The translations under genes were made by a program, and so were the position numbers. A stretch of 64,000 nt of DNA, taken from Kiritimatiellia bacterium. GTDB lineage: Bacteria > Verrucomicrobiota > Kiritimatiellia > RFP12 > UBA1067. How positions within the stretch are numbered: position 1 is the first letter of the stretch; every line of letters begins with the position of its first letter. Location: the NCBI GenBank assembly GCA_050949565.1, contig JBMNFY010000006.1:32001-96000 (forward strand), given 5' to 3'. Below are positions 10,146 to 19,354 of the stretch, piece by piece. Below the pieces are notes generated by a model. That model was not told the DNA's origin and ran no database searches. It saw nothing but the letters and a program-made list of their open reading frames with translations.

Positions 10146-11129
10146 CTAGACCCAACGCAACGTCAGGGCACCCCACGTCAAGCCCGCGCCGAAGGCGACC
10201 AGTACCAGTACGTCGCCCTTTTTGACGCGGCCTTGTTCCAGTGCTTCGCAGAGTGCGATCGGGATCGTGGCGGCCGAGGTGTTACCGTAGTCGGCGATGT
10301 TGACGAAGACCTTTTCGGAGGGCAAGTCGAGTCGTCTGGCTACGGCATCAATGATGCGGGTGTTGGCTTGGTGGGCAATCATCAGCGAAATATCGTTCGA
10401 GCTGAGCCCGGCGCGATCGAGCGCACACACGGCACACTCCGACATATTACGCACTGCCTGCTTGAAGACTTCGTTACCCTGCATGGTGATGTAGCGTCCC
10501 GGCACATCTGGATTGGGGCGGACGCCGCTATTGGCGATCTCCAGCAGATCGGTCAGGTTGCCATCGCCACCCAGCTTTGCAGAAAGCACGCCTTCGGTGT
10601 CGGACGCATGCACGCTGAACACGGCGGCACCCGCGCCATCGCCGAACAGGATGCAAGTGTCGCGGTCCTTCCAGTTGACGATCGCGCTGTTCACCTCGGC
10701 ACCGATGACCAAAACGTGCTTCGCCAGACCGGAGCGGATCATGCCCCAGGCGAGATTCGCGCCGTAGACGAAGCCGGTGCAGGCGGCACTGATGTCTAAC
10801 ACGCCCGCATGGAGTGCGCCTATGGCCTTTTGCACCAGGCAGGCTACCGACGGGTAGATCGTGTCGGGCGTGGAGGTGGCGACCAGAATCAGGTCGATCT
10901 GGTCGGCTGCGATACCCGACTGGGCCAAGGCCGCTGCGGCCGCTCGCGCGGCGAGGTCGGAGGCGTATTCGCCCGGCGCGGCGATGCGTCGCTCGCGGAT
11001 ACCTACACGTTGTCTGATCCAGGCGTCGCTGGTCTCGACCATTTTCTCAAGGTCGGCGTTGGTCAGTCGTTTTTCGGGCAACGCCTTACCGACACCGGTT
11101 ATTTTTGCTGTCAATGTACGCTCACTCAT
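10146..11129 (-). CDS. fabH: beta-ketoacyl-ACP synthase III
   Basis: DISAACTGF (catalytic Cys), LFGDGAGA, HQANTRI, YGNTSAA and AFGAGLTWG. Confidence 0.96.
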   Translation of the reverse strand: MSERTLTAKITGVGKALPEKRLTNADLEKMVETSDAWIRQRVGIRERRIAAPGEYASDLAARAAAAALAQSGIAADQIDLILVATSTPDTIYPSVACLVQKAIGALHAGVLDISAACTGFVYGANLAWGMIRSGLAKHVLVIGAEVNSAIVNWKDRDTCILFGDGAGAAVFSVHASDTEGVLSAKLGGDGNLTDLLEIANSGVRPNPDVPGRYITMQGNEVFKQAVRNMSECAVCALDRAGLSSNDISLMIAHQANTRIIDAVARRLDLPSEKVFVNIADYGNTSAATIPIALCEALEQGRVKKGDVLVLVAFGAGLTWGALTLRWV

Positions 11130-11232
11130 GCGCGTGTCCACTGGTTTCGTCTTTGATCAAAAGAAGGTCAGAGTATATAATATTCTGCCGCTCGCAACAA
11201 TAGAGGATACACGCGGAGGACGAGAGGAGTAA

Positions 11233-14200
11233 GTGATGATGAAACGAGCGCGGATGGTCGTGATGGGGCTGTTGCTGGTGCAGACACTGTTGGCTGGGGC
11301 CGACCGTTTGGCACGGGTCGACGCCGAAGGCGTGTTGCGCTGGACTGACACCGGCGACGAGGTCGCGTTGCTGGGCGTCAACTACTATACGCCGTTTACC
11401 ATAGATCATGCGGCACTCAAGCGCTTGGGCCTCGACCATCGGCAGGTCATGCGCGATGACGTGGCCCATTTCCGCCGTCTGGGTTTGGGCTGCATCCGTG
11501 TCCACTGCTTTGAGCGCCAGTTCAGCGACCGCGAGGGTAACCTGCTCGACAACGAGCATCTGGCGTTGTTGGATGAGTTGATCGACGTCTGCCGCGAGCA
11601 GGGGCTCTACACCGTGCTCACGCCGATCGCTTGGTGGGGCGGCGGCGTCTGGACCGAACGCACGCAGGGCTTCTCGGATTTCCACACGATGCGCGAACTG
11701 ACTGCCGACCGCGCCACCTGGCCGGCCCAAGCCCGTTTCCTCAAGCAGTTCGCCGAGCACGTCAACCGCATCACCGGACGCCGCTACGCCGACGATCCTT
11801 GTGTACTCGCCTTTGAGTGCATCAACGAGCCGCTCTATCCGAAGGGTACGCCGGACACTCTGGTGACCGATTACATCAACACGCTGGCGGATGCCCTGCG
11901 TGCGAGCGGCACGACCAAGCCGATTTATTACAACTCGTGGCAGGGGCGCAACGCTGCTGCCGGTGCCTCGCGTGTCGATGGCGTCACCTGCGCCATCTAT
12001 CCCACGGGGTTGGTCGCGGGATATGAGTTGGAAGGCCCGCAGCTCGGTCGCGTCCGTGCGACTTCGCTCCAACCCGACGCCTCGATCGCGCGCAAGTCGC
12101 GCATGGTCTACGAGTTCGACGCCGCCGACATGAACGGTTCCTACATGTTCCCGGCCATGGCCCTCCTGTTCCGCTCCGAAGGGGTACAGGTCGCCTCGCA
12201 GTTTCAATACGACCCCATGCCGCTGGCGGATGTGAACCGCAACTGGCAGACCCACCACCTGAATCTGGTTTACACGCCGAACAAAGCGATTTCGCTGGCT
12301 ATCGCCGCCGAGGTCTTTGCCCGCGTACCGCGCGGCGCGTCGTTCACGCCGGCCGATACCGAGATGCGCTTCCCGCCGTTCCGTGTCTCGGCGACAGAAA
12401 ACCTTTCGGAACTGGTGACCGAGACGCGCTATCTCCACAGCAATGCCACGCGCACGCCGCCGCCCGCCCCGGAGCGGCTGGAACGGGTGTGGGGCTGCGG
12501 CATTTCGCCACTGGTTACGTCGTGCGGCAGCGGAGCCTATTTCCTGGATCGTGCGGAGTCCGGCGTCTGGCGCTTGCAACTTTATCCCGATGTCTTCACC
12601 GTAGCCGATCCCTTCACCGGTACATCGGAACCCAAGGTGCGGGTGTTGCCGGGGCGTCCCGTTATGACGCTACGCCTGCCGGATCTAGGAACGCGCTTTG
12701 CCGTACGGGCGTTCGCCGACGGCCGTGTCGGGGAGCGCCTCGCGACCGCGCGGGACGGCACATTCGAGGTCGCTCCGGGCGACTATCTGCTGACTCGTGA
12801 CGAGGCCGCACCCTCCGCCGCGAGTGTGAGCCGCGCGGCGGTGCTGGCACCGCGTTGGATCGCGCCGCCGCCCGCTCCCGAAATTGTCGAGCCGTTGCTG
12901 CGTGCAACCGCGCGGTCGCAGTGGCGTGCCGGTCTGCCGCTGGAACTGCACGCCGAAGCCGCGCTCGCCACCCAGGTCACGGCGCGGCTGGTGTCGACGG
13001 GCGGTCGGTGCATGGAAGTGGCGTTGGCGCGCGCGGAACAGCCGACACGCACATCCGGCCGTTTTACCGGTACGGTGCCGGGGGAAGCGCTCACGCCCGG
13101 CGTATGGAACCTCACCTTCCGTGCATCTGGCGCGGGCGGCGTGGCCGAATATCCGCGTGCCGCGACTGCCGGCGCGAAGTGGTCCCCGGCGGAACCGTCG
13201 CGGACGGCGGCGCTTATCCAACTGCCGGAGGAACCGCCACGTGCCATCGTTAACGGTACCGGCGAGACATCGGTTACGTGCATTCAAGACGGTGCGCGGC
13301 GCGCGTTGCGGTTGAGCGTCGCGGACGTAGGGACCGACCGGGCCGCCGCAGGTTACGTGCTGCCATTCGTGGCGGATGCCGCCACGCTCCGACCGGCAGA
13401 ACGTAACGGCGCGCCCGATCCACTGGGGTGGGGCTTACGTGTCGTCGCGCGCGGCGGCGCGCCCGGTGCGCGGGTTGAGTTGGGTTTCCGCATGAAGAAC
13501 AGCCAAGGGCTGGGCTGTAACCTGCGCGTCGGCAACGGCTGGAGCGAGACGATCGTCCCGGCTGCTGAACTGATCCCGTTGTGGGGGTTGCCCGCGCGCG
13601 ATGCCTTCCGCTGGAGCGAGGTCGAACGCCTGAGTGTGTTGACCGGTGCGTGGCTGTTCCCCGAGGGGACGTCGACGAATGGCGTGAGCATTGATCTCGC
13701 CGTGCTGGAGTGGGTGGCGCTGACGCCGGCGTTACGCTTGGACGCAGTGGCCGGCGACGGTGCTTGGAGTCTGTTCGACACTACCGCTTGGTTGCGCGTA
13801 CCGCTTTGGCAGGCACCCTTGCGGCGCTGGGGGCTGAGCGATGATGAGGGGCGTCCTGCGGTGCATTTGGGTGCGGAACGGTTCGACGGCGAACGCGACA
13901 GCCTGTCGCTGCGCGTGCCGTGCGATGGCCGCACCTGCGCACGGCTGTGGCAGACCGAGGGAGCCGACGCGGTGCTGGTCGTCCGCGCACGGGCGGCGCA
14001 ACCCCGGACGACCGCCTTCGAGTTGGCTTTGATCGAAAACGACGGCGTGGCGTGGGGAACGAATATCCCGTTGACCGCCGCCTGGCAGACGCATCGCATC
14101 CCGTTGCGCAAGCTGAGACTCTTCACGCAGTGGGATCGCGCGATGGCCGACCGGGCTGGACCGCACTTACGGCTCTCGCGCCTGGCAACGATCAACGTCT

Positions 14201-14286
14201 GCTTTGGTAAATGGCTCTATCCGCAGGCGGCTGACGTGCCGCACGCTTTCGAGATATCCACCATTGCGGTCGTGCCTGCGCCTTAG
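11233..14286 (+). CDS. secreted GH5-like (clan GH-A) glycoside hydrolase with C-terminal carbohydrate-binding-like domains
   Basis: Signal peptide; GVNYYTPF, IRVH, AFECINEP acid/base motif, MVYEFDA nucleophile region; beta-rich C-terminal half. Confidence 0.75.
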   Translation: MMMKRARMVVMGLLLVQTLLAGADRLARVDAEGVLRWTDTGDEVALLGVNYYTPFTIDHAALKRLGLDHRQVMRDDVAHFRRLGLGCIRVHCFERQFSDREGNLLDNEHLALLDELIDVCREQGLYTVLTPIAWWGGGVWTERTQGFSDFHTMRELTADRATWPAQARFLKQFAEHVNRITGRRYADDPCVLAFECINEPLYPKGTPDTLVTDYINTLADALRASGTTKPIYYNSWQGRNAAAGASRVDGVTCAIYPTGLVAGYELEGPQLGRVRATSLQPDASIARKSRMVYEFDAADMNGSYMFPAMALLFRSEGVQVASQFQYDPMPLADVNRNWQTHHLNLVYTPNKAISLAIAAEVFARVPRGASFTPADTEMRFPPFRVSATENLSELVTETRYLHSNATRTPPPAPERLERVWGCGISPLVTSCGSGAYFLDRAESGVWRLQLYPDVFTVADPFTGTSEPKVRVLPGRPVMTLRLPDLGTRFAVRAFADGRVGERLATARDGTFEVAPGDYLLTRDEAAPSAASVSRAAVLAPRWIAPPPAPEIVEPLLRATARSQWRAGLPLELHAEAALATQVTARLVSTGGRCMEVALARAEQPTRTSGRFTGTVPGEALTPGVWNLTFRASGAGGVAEYPRAATAGAKWSPAEPSRTAALIQLPEEPPRAIVNGTGETSVTCIQDGARRALRLSVADVGTDRAAAGYVLPFVADAATLRPAERNGAPDPLGWGLRVVARGGAPGARVELGFRMKNSQGLGCNLRVGNGWSETIVPAAELIPLWGLPARDAFRWSEVERLSVLTGAWLFPEGTSTNGVSIDLAVLEWVALTPALRLDAVAGDGAWSLFDTTAWLRVPLWQAPLRRWGLSDDEGRPAVHLGAERFDGERDSLSLRVPCDGRTCARLWQTEGADAVLVVRARAAQPRTTAFELALIENDGVAWGTNIPLTAAWQTHRIPLRKLRLFTQWDRAMADRAGPHLRLSRLATINVCFGKWLYPQAADVPHAFEISTIAVVPAP

Positions 14287-14421
14287 TGCCTTATCAGTCA
14301 AAAAATTAGCGGAATACTTACACGAACCCAACGAGACACTTACAGTATAAAGGTATCTTTTGGGGTGTTGAGCCTGATTAGGACCGGCGTGGGGTGAACG
14401 CAGAGCGTAAGGAGTGGAGAT

Positions 14422-16400
14422 ATGGACAGGTACTTGAAGGGTGCGGTGTGGTGCGTGGGCGTCCTGATGACGGCGGTGTTTGTCTCGGGATTGCACGCTG
14501 ATCCGCTGCCGGTGCCGCTGGTGCATTGGACCTTTGACGGCGGGGCGGCGACCAACTGCGGTAGCGGCGGCTCCTTGTATGACGCGGACGTGTCCGGCGC
14601 GGTGGCGTACACCAACGGCATTGCCGGGGGCGGGCTTTGTTTGCTTGGCGGCAGCGAGGGGTATGCGGCGGTGTCTCATGCCCTCGGCGATCAGGGCACC
14701 ATCGCGTTTTGGTACAAACCGTCCCGATTTTATAATTACCACTCTCTCTTCGATAACATCATGAATCCCGACCAATGGGAGATGTGGATCTACGGCAGCT
14801 CGGTCGTGCGCTTCAGGCTGGCAGGCCAAGGGATCGTCTCTTATGACAATCTCAACAACAAGCAAAATGGCACAAATGTCTGGTATCACTTTGCCGTGAC
14901 CTGGGATCGGTGGGCCGAGACAAACCACGTCCGTCTGTATGTGAACGGTTGCGAGGGCGCGCGCACTCACATCACCGACTGGCTCGTCCCCGGCGCGAAG
15001 ATTTTCTTCGGCGGGCACAAAGGCAACAATCCGGCCGAAGGCATTCTGGACGATGTACGCATCTACACGACGACGCTGGCAGACACGCAGGTGCAGGCGC
15101 TGCACGCCCTGATCGCTGAACAAACGCCGGCGGTGAAGGTGTCGTTTGATGCCGATCTCACGAACACCGGTACGGGCGGCGCGGCGTTTGACGCGACGCT
15201 CGTCGGCGACCCCGTCTGGACGAACGGGCTGTACGGCCTCGGTCAGGCGCTGGCGCTGGACGGCGTGGATGACTATGTGTCCATACCGTACCGGCTCTCC
15301 ACTTCGGGTTCGGTGGCGTTGTGGTACTACGCGCCCGGGCCGTGGTACAACTTTAACTCGGTTTTCGACAATTCGGTGGGCGCCAACCATTACGAATGCT
15401 GGATTGACGGGGCAGGTAATCTCCAGTTCCGTTCTACGGGATCAGGGTCGCAAAGGGCGCTGGTCGGGCTGGGTAACGGGTCCAACTGCTGGTATCACAT
15501 CGTCAGCACATGGGACGCGCTCTCCAGCAACATGGTGCTGTATGTCAACGGTGTTGAGCGCAGCCGCATTACTGACACCAACGGCTCGGCGTGGCCGACC
15601 CCGGGGACAAATTTTTATATCGGCGGCGGACATTCTGGCAATACACCTGCGCGCGGGGCGCCTCGGACTTGCAGATCTTCGAGACGCCGCTCTCGGCCAG
15701 CCGTGTGGCCGAGATTTTCAACGAGAAGCGCGTGCAACAGGGCGGGTTGATCGCATACGTGCCATTCGACGGCACGGCGGTGGATGTTGTCGGCGGCAAC
15801 GCGGTGGTGCTGGGCGGCTCGCCGGTCTACGTCAAGACGCAGGGCGCTTTCTATAAGGGGCTGAGCTGCGGGACGCCAACGGGGAACAGCGGCGACAACG
15901 CCTCGATCTCCAACGTGTTGGGATCGACGGTCGGCACGATCGCGCTGTGGTACTACGCGCGTCCTTGGTATAATTATCAGGCCGTGTTCGATAATTACGT
16001 AAACTCGGAGTACTGGGAATGCTGGATCTATGGAGACGGGCGGCTGGCTTCGCGCGTCAGCAACAAGACCGGCGGCGGCTTCGTCCAGTATAATCTCGAT
16101 AACCTGCGCGGCCCGGACAACTGGTATCACATCGCGTTCGTCTGGGATCTTGCCATGGGTAAGACATGGCTGTATGTTGATGGCGTCGTCCGGCAGACCA
16201 GTACGCTGCTAGAAAGCGGCTGGGTCGATCCCGATCCGACACTGAATTTGGCGGGCGGGCATAAGGGCAATTCCAAAGGCAACGGCATTTGGGACGAGGT
16301 ACGCGTCTACGATCGCGCCCTGACGGACGACGAGATCGCCGCGCTGACGGTCGTCCCGCCTGAGCCGCCGCCGCGCGGCTCAGTGTTCACGCTCCGCTGA
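14422..16400 (+). pseudogene. secreted triple-LamG/concanavalin-domain protein split by a 1 bp frameshift near 15660
   Basis: Repeated LamG motifs (WYHFAVTWD, LYVNG, DDVRIY) continue across ORFs 14422..15750 and 15591..16400; inserting one base at ...GGGGCG^CCTCGGAC gives PARGAASDLQIFE; ends PPEPPPRGSVFTLR. Confidence 0.8.
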
Positions 16401-16415
16401 GTGTGCTGAAATTAG

Positions 16416-16706
16416 CCTAAAAAGAGCAGTTGGGTGTGCGGATTTTGAGCAAAGCCCCGTAAACATTGGCTTCCGTTGAGATCCGTGCCGCACCTATTTG
16501 GTGCAGAACGCAATTTCTGATTGGAACCACGGAACACACTAAATACACGGAAACAGAGCCATGCCTTTCCGTGTGTTCGGTGTGTTCCGTGGTTAAACAA
16601 TCAATCCCGATAGCGATCCCGATCCCGATTTGGATGAAACCATGAAACCATGAAACCTTGAAACCAGAAACCAAAGAGAGTTGACGGTTCAACTGCTCTT
16701 TTTAGG
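16416..16706. mobile_element. MITE-like element, copy 1 (~290 bp, 17 bp terminal inverted repeats)
   Basis: CCTAAAAAGAGCAGTTG ... CAACTGCTCTTTTTAGG; near-identical inverted copy at 55084-55365; no credible coding capacity. Confidence 0.75.
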
Positions 16707-16779
16707 TTTAGCGCATCTCATGCGTGACAACCCGTGCTAGTCACCATATTTGGTGGGTGTCGTAAGCGCAGCAGGGAAC

Positions 16780-17625
16780 TCACCTGCTGAACAGCGAGCG
16801 GACATAGTCCGCGTTGCGTTTGGCGTCGGCCACGCCGTTCTTTGAGGGGCTGGAGGTTTCAAGCACGATCCAGCCTTTGTAGCCGGTCTCGGTGATCGCG
16901 TCAGCCATGCGCTCGAAGAAAGGCTTGTCGTCGTCGAGGTACTTCGGCCCGTTCTTAAAGTGGATTTGAGCGATGCGCCCTTTCAGGGTGCGGATCTCGG
17001 CGGCCGCGTCATAGCCCTGCGATTTACCGGTGTTGTACACATCGTAATAGATGCGCACGGCGTCGTGTCCCACCGCTTCCAGCAGCCGCAGGTTCTGTTC
17101 GGCGCTGAGCATGTTCTCCACCGCTAGCGTGACTCCAGCGGCGGCGGCGCGCGGTGCCGCTGCCTTGAGGCGCGCCACGGCCGCGTTGAATTCAGGCTCC
17201 TTGATCTGCTTGCCGCTCTGCAGGTCGCCCTTGCCGAAGAACGCCACCAAAACAGTTTTGGCACCGATTTCGCGTGCGGCGTCGATGCACTGCTCCAGCC
17301 AGGCCGGTGCACGCGGATCGCTCGCCAGCGGATACTGGTTCAGCAGGCTCATCATGATTGAACAGACCGGAAGCCCCGTGGCTTTCATTTGCCGGTGGAG
17401 GCGCTCGCGCGTTCCAGCCTGAAAGATGTCGAGCGTGTCGGCAGCACCACCGGCACCGACCTCGACACCGTCGAGTCCCGCCTGCTTGGCGCCCTCAAGC
17501 CCAACCACGCACGCGCCGACGCGGATGGTCGGTTGCGCGGCTGCCGCCCTGCTGTGGGATGCCAGAGCGATGGCGGCCAGCGATCCAGTTGCCTGCCGCA
17601 TGAAACGTCTACGAGATAGGTTCAT
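16780..17625 (-). CDS. Tat-exported sugar phosphate isomerase/epimerase
   Basis: LSRRRFM Tat motif; LAVEN, YYDVYN, QIHFKN and WIVLET metal-binding pattern. Confidence 0.88.
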   Translation of the reverse strand: MNLSRRRFMRQATGSLAAIALASHSRAAAAQPTIRVGACVVGLEGAKQAGLDGVEVGAGGAADTLDIFQAGTRERLHRQMKATGLPVCSIMMSLLNQYPLASDPRAPAWLEQCIDAAREIGAKTVLVAFFGKGDLQSGKQIKEPEFNAAVARLKAAAPRAAAAGVTLAVENMLSAEQNLRLLEAVGHDAVRIYYDVYNTGKSQGYDAAAEIRTLKGRIAQIHFKNGPKYLDDDKPFFERMADAITETGYKGWIVLETSSPSKNGVADAKRNADYVRSLFSR

Positions 17626-17783
17626 TCTGCACTCCTCTTTTTTCTTCCGTCACTTCACGATGACATCCCATTATGGTGCAGTCCGGGTTGAAGTCAACCG
17701 GATTCACGACACGACCGCGCCGGCCACAGATAGCAGTACACTTTTTTCTCACGCAAAGGCACAGCCGCGCTGTGCGCGGAGCA

Positions 17784-17800
17784 AAGCCCCTTCGGGGCTT
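17784..17800. terminator. cUUCGg hairpin (possible terminator)
   Basis: AAGCCCC-TTCG-GGGCTT, downstream of the minus-strand antitoxin gene. Confidence 0.4.
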
Positions 17801-17827
17801 GTGGTCTAAACACCTGTCCCTTAGTTG
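17797..17827 (+). repeat. ACCTGTCCC-family site, copy 1
   Basis: GCTTGTGGTCTAAACACCTGTCCCTTAGTTG; related copies at 18533, 19727, 21968(-), 23321(-) and 41734. Confidence 0.8.
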
Positions 17828-17852
17828 TCCCAAATCTCAAATCCCAAATTTC

Positions 17853-18152
17853 TTATCGTGTTCCTGCGGCTCTGGCATGGAGCTTTAGTCCGAGAGCGTC
17901 GACCACTTTGAGAATCGTATCAAATCCCGGACTCCGGTCTCCCGACAAAGCCTTGTAGAGGCTCTCCCGAGAAAGACCTGCGTCACGCGCCACCTGTGCC
18001 ATACCTTTGGCGCGGGCGATGTCTCCGAGTGCCTTCGCGACAAAGGTCGCATCGCCATTAGCCTCCTCCATGCAGGCTTCCAGATAGGCCGCCATCTCTT
18101 CAGGTGTCCGTAGATGTTCGGCTACGTCATATCGAGTTGTCTTAGTCCTCAT
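17853..18152 (-). CDS. addiction module antidote protein (HI1420-like HTH antitoxin)
   Basis: YDVAEHLRTPEEMAAYLEA, ALGDIARAKGMAQVARDAGLSRESLYKALS and PGFDTILKV are typical of this family. Confidence 0.9.
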   Translation of the reverse strand: MRTKTTRYDVAEHLRTPEEMAAYLEACMEEANGDATFVAKALGDIARAKGMAQVARDAGLSRESLYKALSGDRSPGFDTILKVVDALGLKLHARAAGTR

Positions 18153-18261
18153 TGCTGTCTCCAAGGTTCCGTGCCAGTCGTAATGCCAGTTTGATGTCTG
18201 CGGATTGGCCTCGCTTGTCACCCCCGGCGAGCAGGATAATAAAATAACGGATCTCAATCAC
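18142..18261 (-). pseudogene. internally deleted RelE/ParE-type addiction module killer protein (HI1419-like)
   Basis: Translates GTG-IEIR-YFIILLAGGDKRGQSADIKLALRLARNL...; the N-terminal MIEIR is joined directly to the C-terminal LLAGGDK motif. Confidence 0.75.
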
Positions 18262-18366
18262 GTTTGAAATTGTAGCCGCTCGGCTACACCTCCGTCAATC
18301 GCTGTAATCGGTTAGCCCGCTGTCCGCGCTTCGCACGGGAATGTAAATGAGGATAACTTTGGGTGT

Positions 18367-18482
18367 AAGTTATAGGCAAGGAGTTTTCGACTTCAGAGTT
18401 CAGAGTTCGATGTTCAGCGTTCTGAGTTAAAAAAACGTTCAACGCTCAACGTTTAACTTTTAACGCTCAAGTTATAGGCAAG
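18367..18482. repeat. inverted pair of 7-mer tandem tracts flanked by 14 bp direct repeat AAGTTATAGGCAAG
   Basis: Direct repeats at 18367-18380 and 18469-18482; between them GTTCAGA/GTTCGAT/GTTCAGC units, an A-run, then AACGTTC/AACGCTC units. Confidence 0.75.
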
Positions 18483-18532
18483 TGACAGGGGGGGGACGAA
18501 AATCATGCGTTTCTGGTGAGGGAGTGATGCAT

Positions 18533-18562
18533 GCTTGTGGTCTAACTACCTGTCCCTTAGTC
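18533..18562 (+). repeat. ACCTGTCCC-family site, copy 2
   Basis: GCTTGTGGTCTAACTACCTGTCCCTTAGT, 27/29 identical to copy 1. Confidence 0.8.
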
Positions 18563-18698
18563 ATTTATCCAAAATGCGGCTTGTGTCGCCACTGGGTGTG
18601 TGATACAAAGACACTATGCGTTTGTGTGTGTATCGACGAGCCATCCGCCGCCGCCGAAACCCACGCCCCCTACACCCCCTAACCCACAGGAGCCCGCC

Positions 18699-19073
18699 AT
18701 GAATCCGCTCATCATTATGCCCAAGAGCCTGCTGCCCCTCATCATCGTCCACGGCTGCGCCGCCGTTTTTTTCTGGGGGTGGGTCATCGGAGAATGCTTC
18801 ATCCCGCGCGGCGAACGCCGCGACCGCTCCCGCTGGTCACGCCTCATATACGCCGCCGCCTATTTTTGCCTTTTCGCCCCCATTTTTTTCAGTTGGGCCA
18901 AGCGTGTCCGCTTCTACGACCAGCGCTACGATGTAGCCTTCTACCTGAACAAGGAAATTGTTGACAGAGCTATGGACGCACAGATAAAGGTCAAAGCCGC
19001 CAAACAATTTCTCACAGACGAGGAAATGGGCTACACGCCGGAAGAACTCGGCATCGACCCCCTGCCGCGCTGA
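18699..19073 (+). CDS. hypothetical membrane protein (two hydrophobic segments)
   Basis: AGGAG RBS then ATG 18699; two hydrophobic stretches; no recognisable family. Confidence 0.5.
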   Translation: MNPLIIMPKSLLPLIIVHGCAAVFFWGWVIGECFIPRGERRDRSRWSRLIYAAAYFCLFAPIFFSWAKRVRFYDQRYDVAFYLNKEIVDRAMDAQIKVKAAKQFLTDEEMGYTPEELGIDPLPR

Positions 19074-19261
19074 CGGCCGCCAACCGATTGTTTATACCCA
19101 CCCCCCGGTTTCGCGCCCCCCCCCCTCCCCCCCCTCACGCCGAGCACCCACGCGCCGGCGGCATCGGTGGAGCAGTGAGTGGGACATCCCGATCAAACCC
19201 CAATGAATCCAACATCATTACACACTAGCACATATGTTTGAGAAACATTTGAGGCAGGCAA

Positions 19262-19354
19262 ATGGGGATAAACATCGAAAAACAGGTCGCCTATTGGCGC
19301 GTAAGCGCTGAGGAAGACTGGGACGTGGGGCGTTCTCTGGTGGAACATGGTTGA
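19262..19354 (+). pseudogene. truncated HEPN-domain protein (N-terminal 30 aa only)
   Basis: MGINIEKQVAYWRVSAEEDWDVGRSLVEHG* resembles the first helix of HEPN toxins; GAGG RBS; overlaps the start of the nucleotidyltransferase. Confidence 0.65.

Noticed and set aside
16412-16692. ORFs 16412..16600, 16417..16692 and counterparts 55098..55364, 55220..55507
   Set aside because: They lie within the MITE-like repeat, are low-complexity, and differ in frame between copies.
16742-16755. CACCATATTTGGTG resembling an NrdR box
   Set aside because: Single copy located between convergent 3' ends with no nrd gene nearby.
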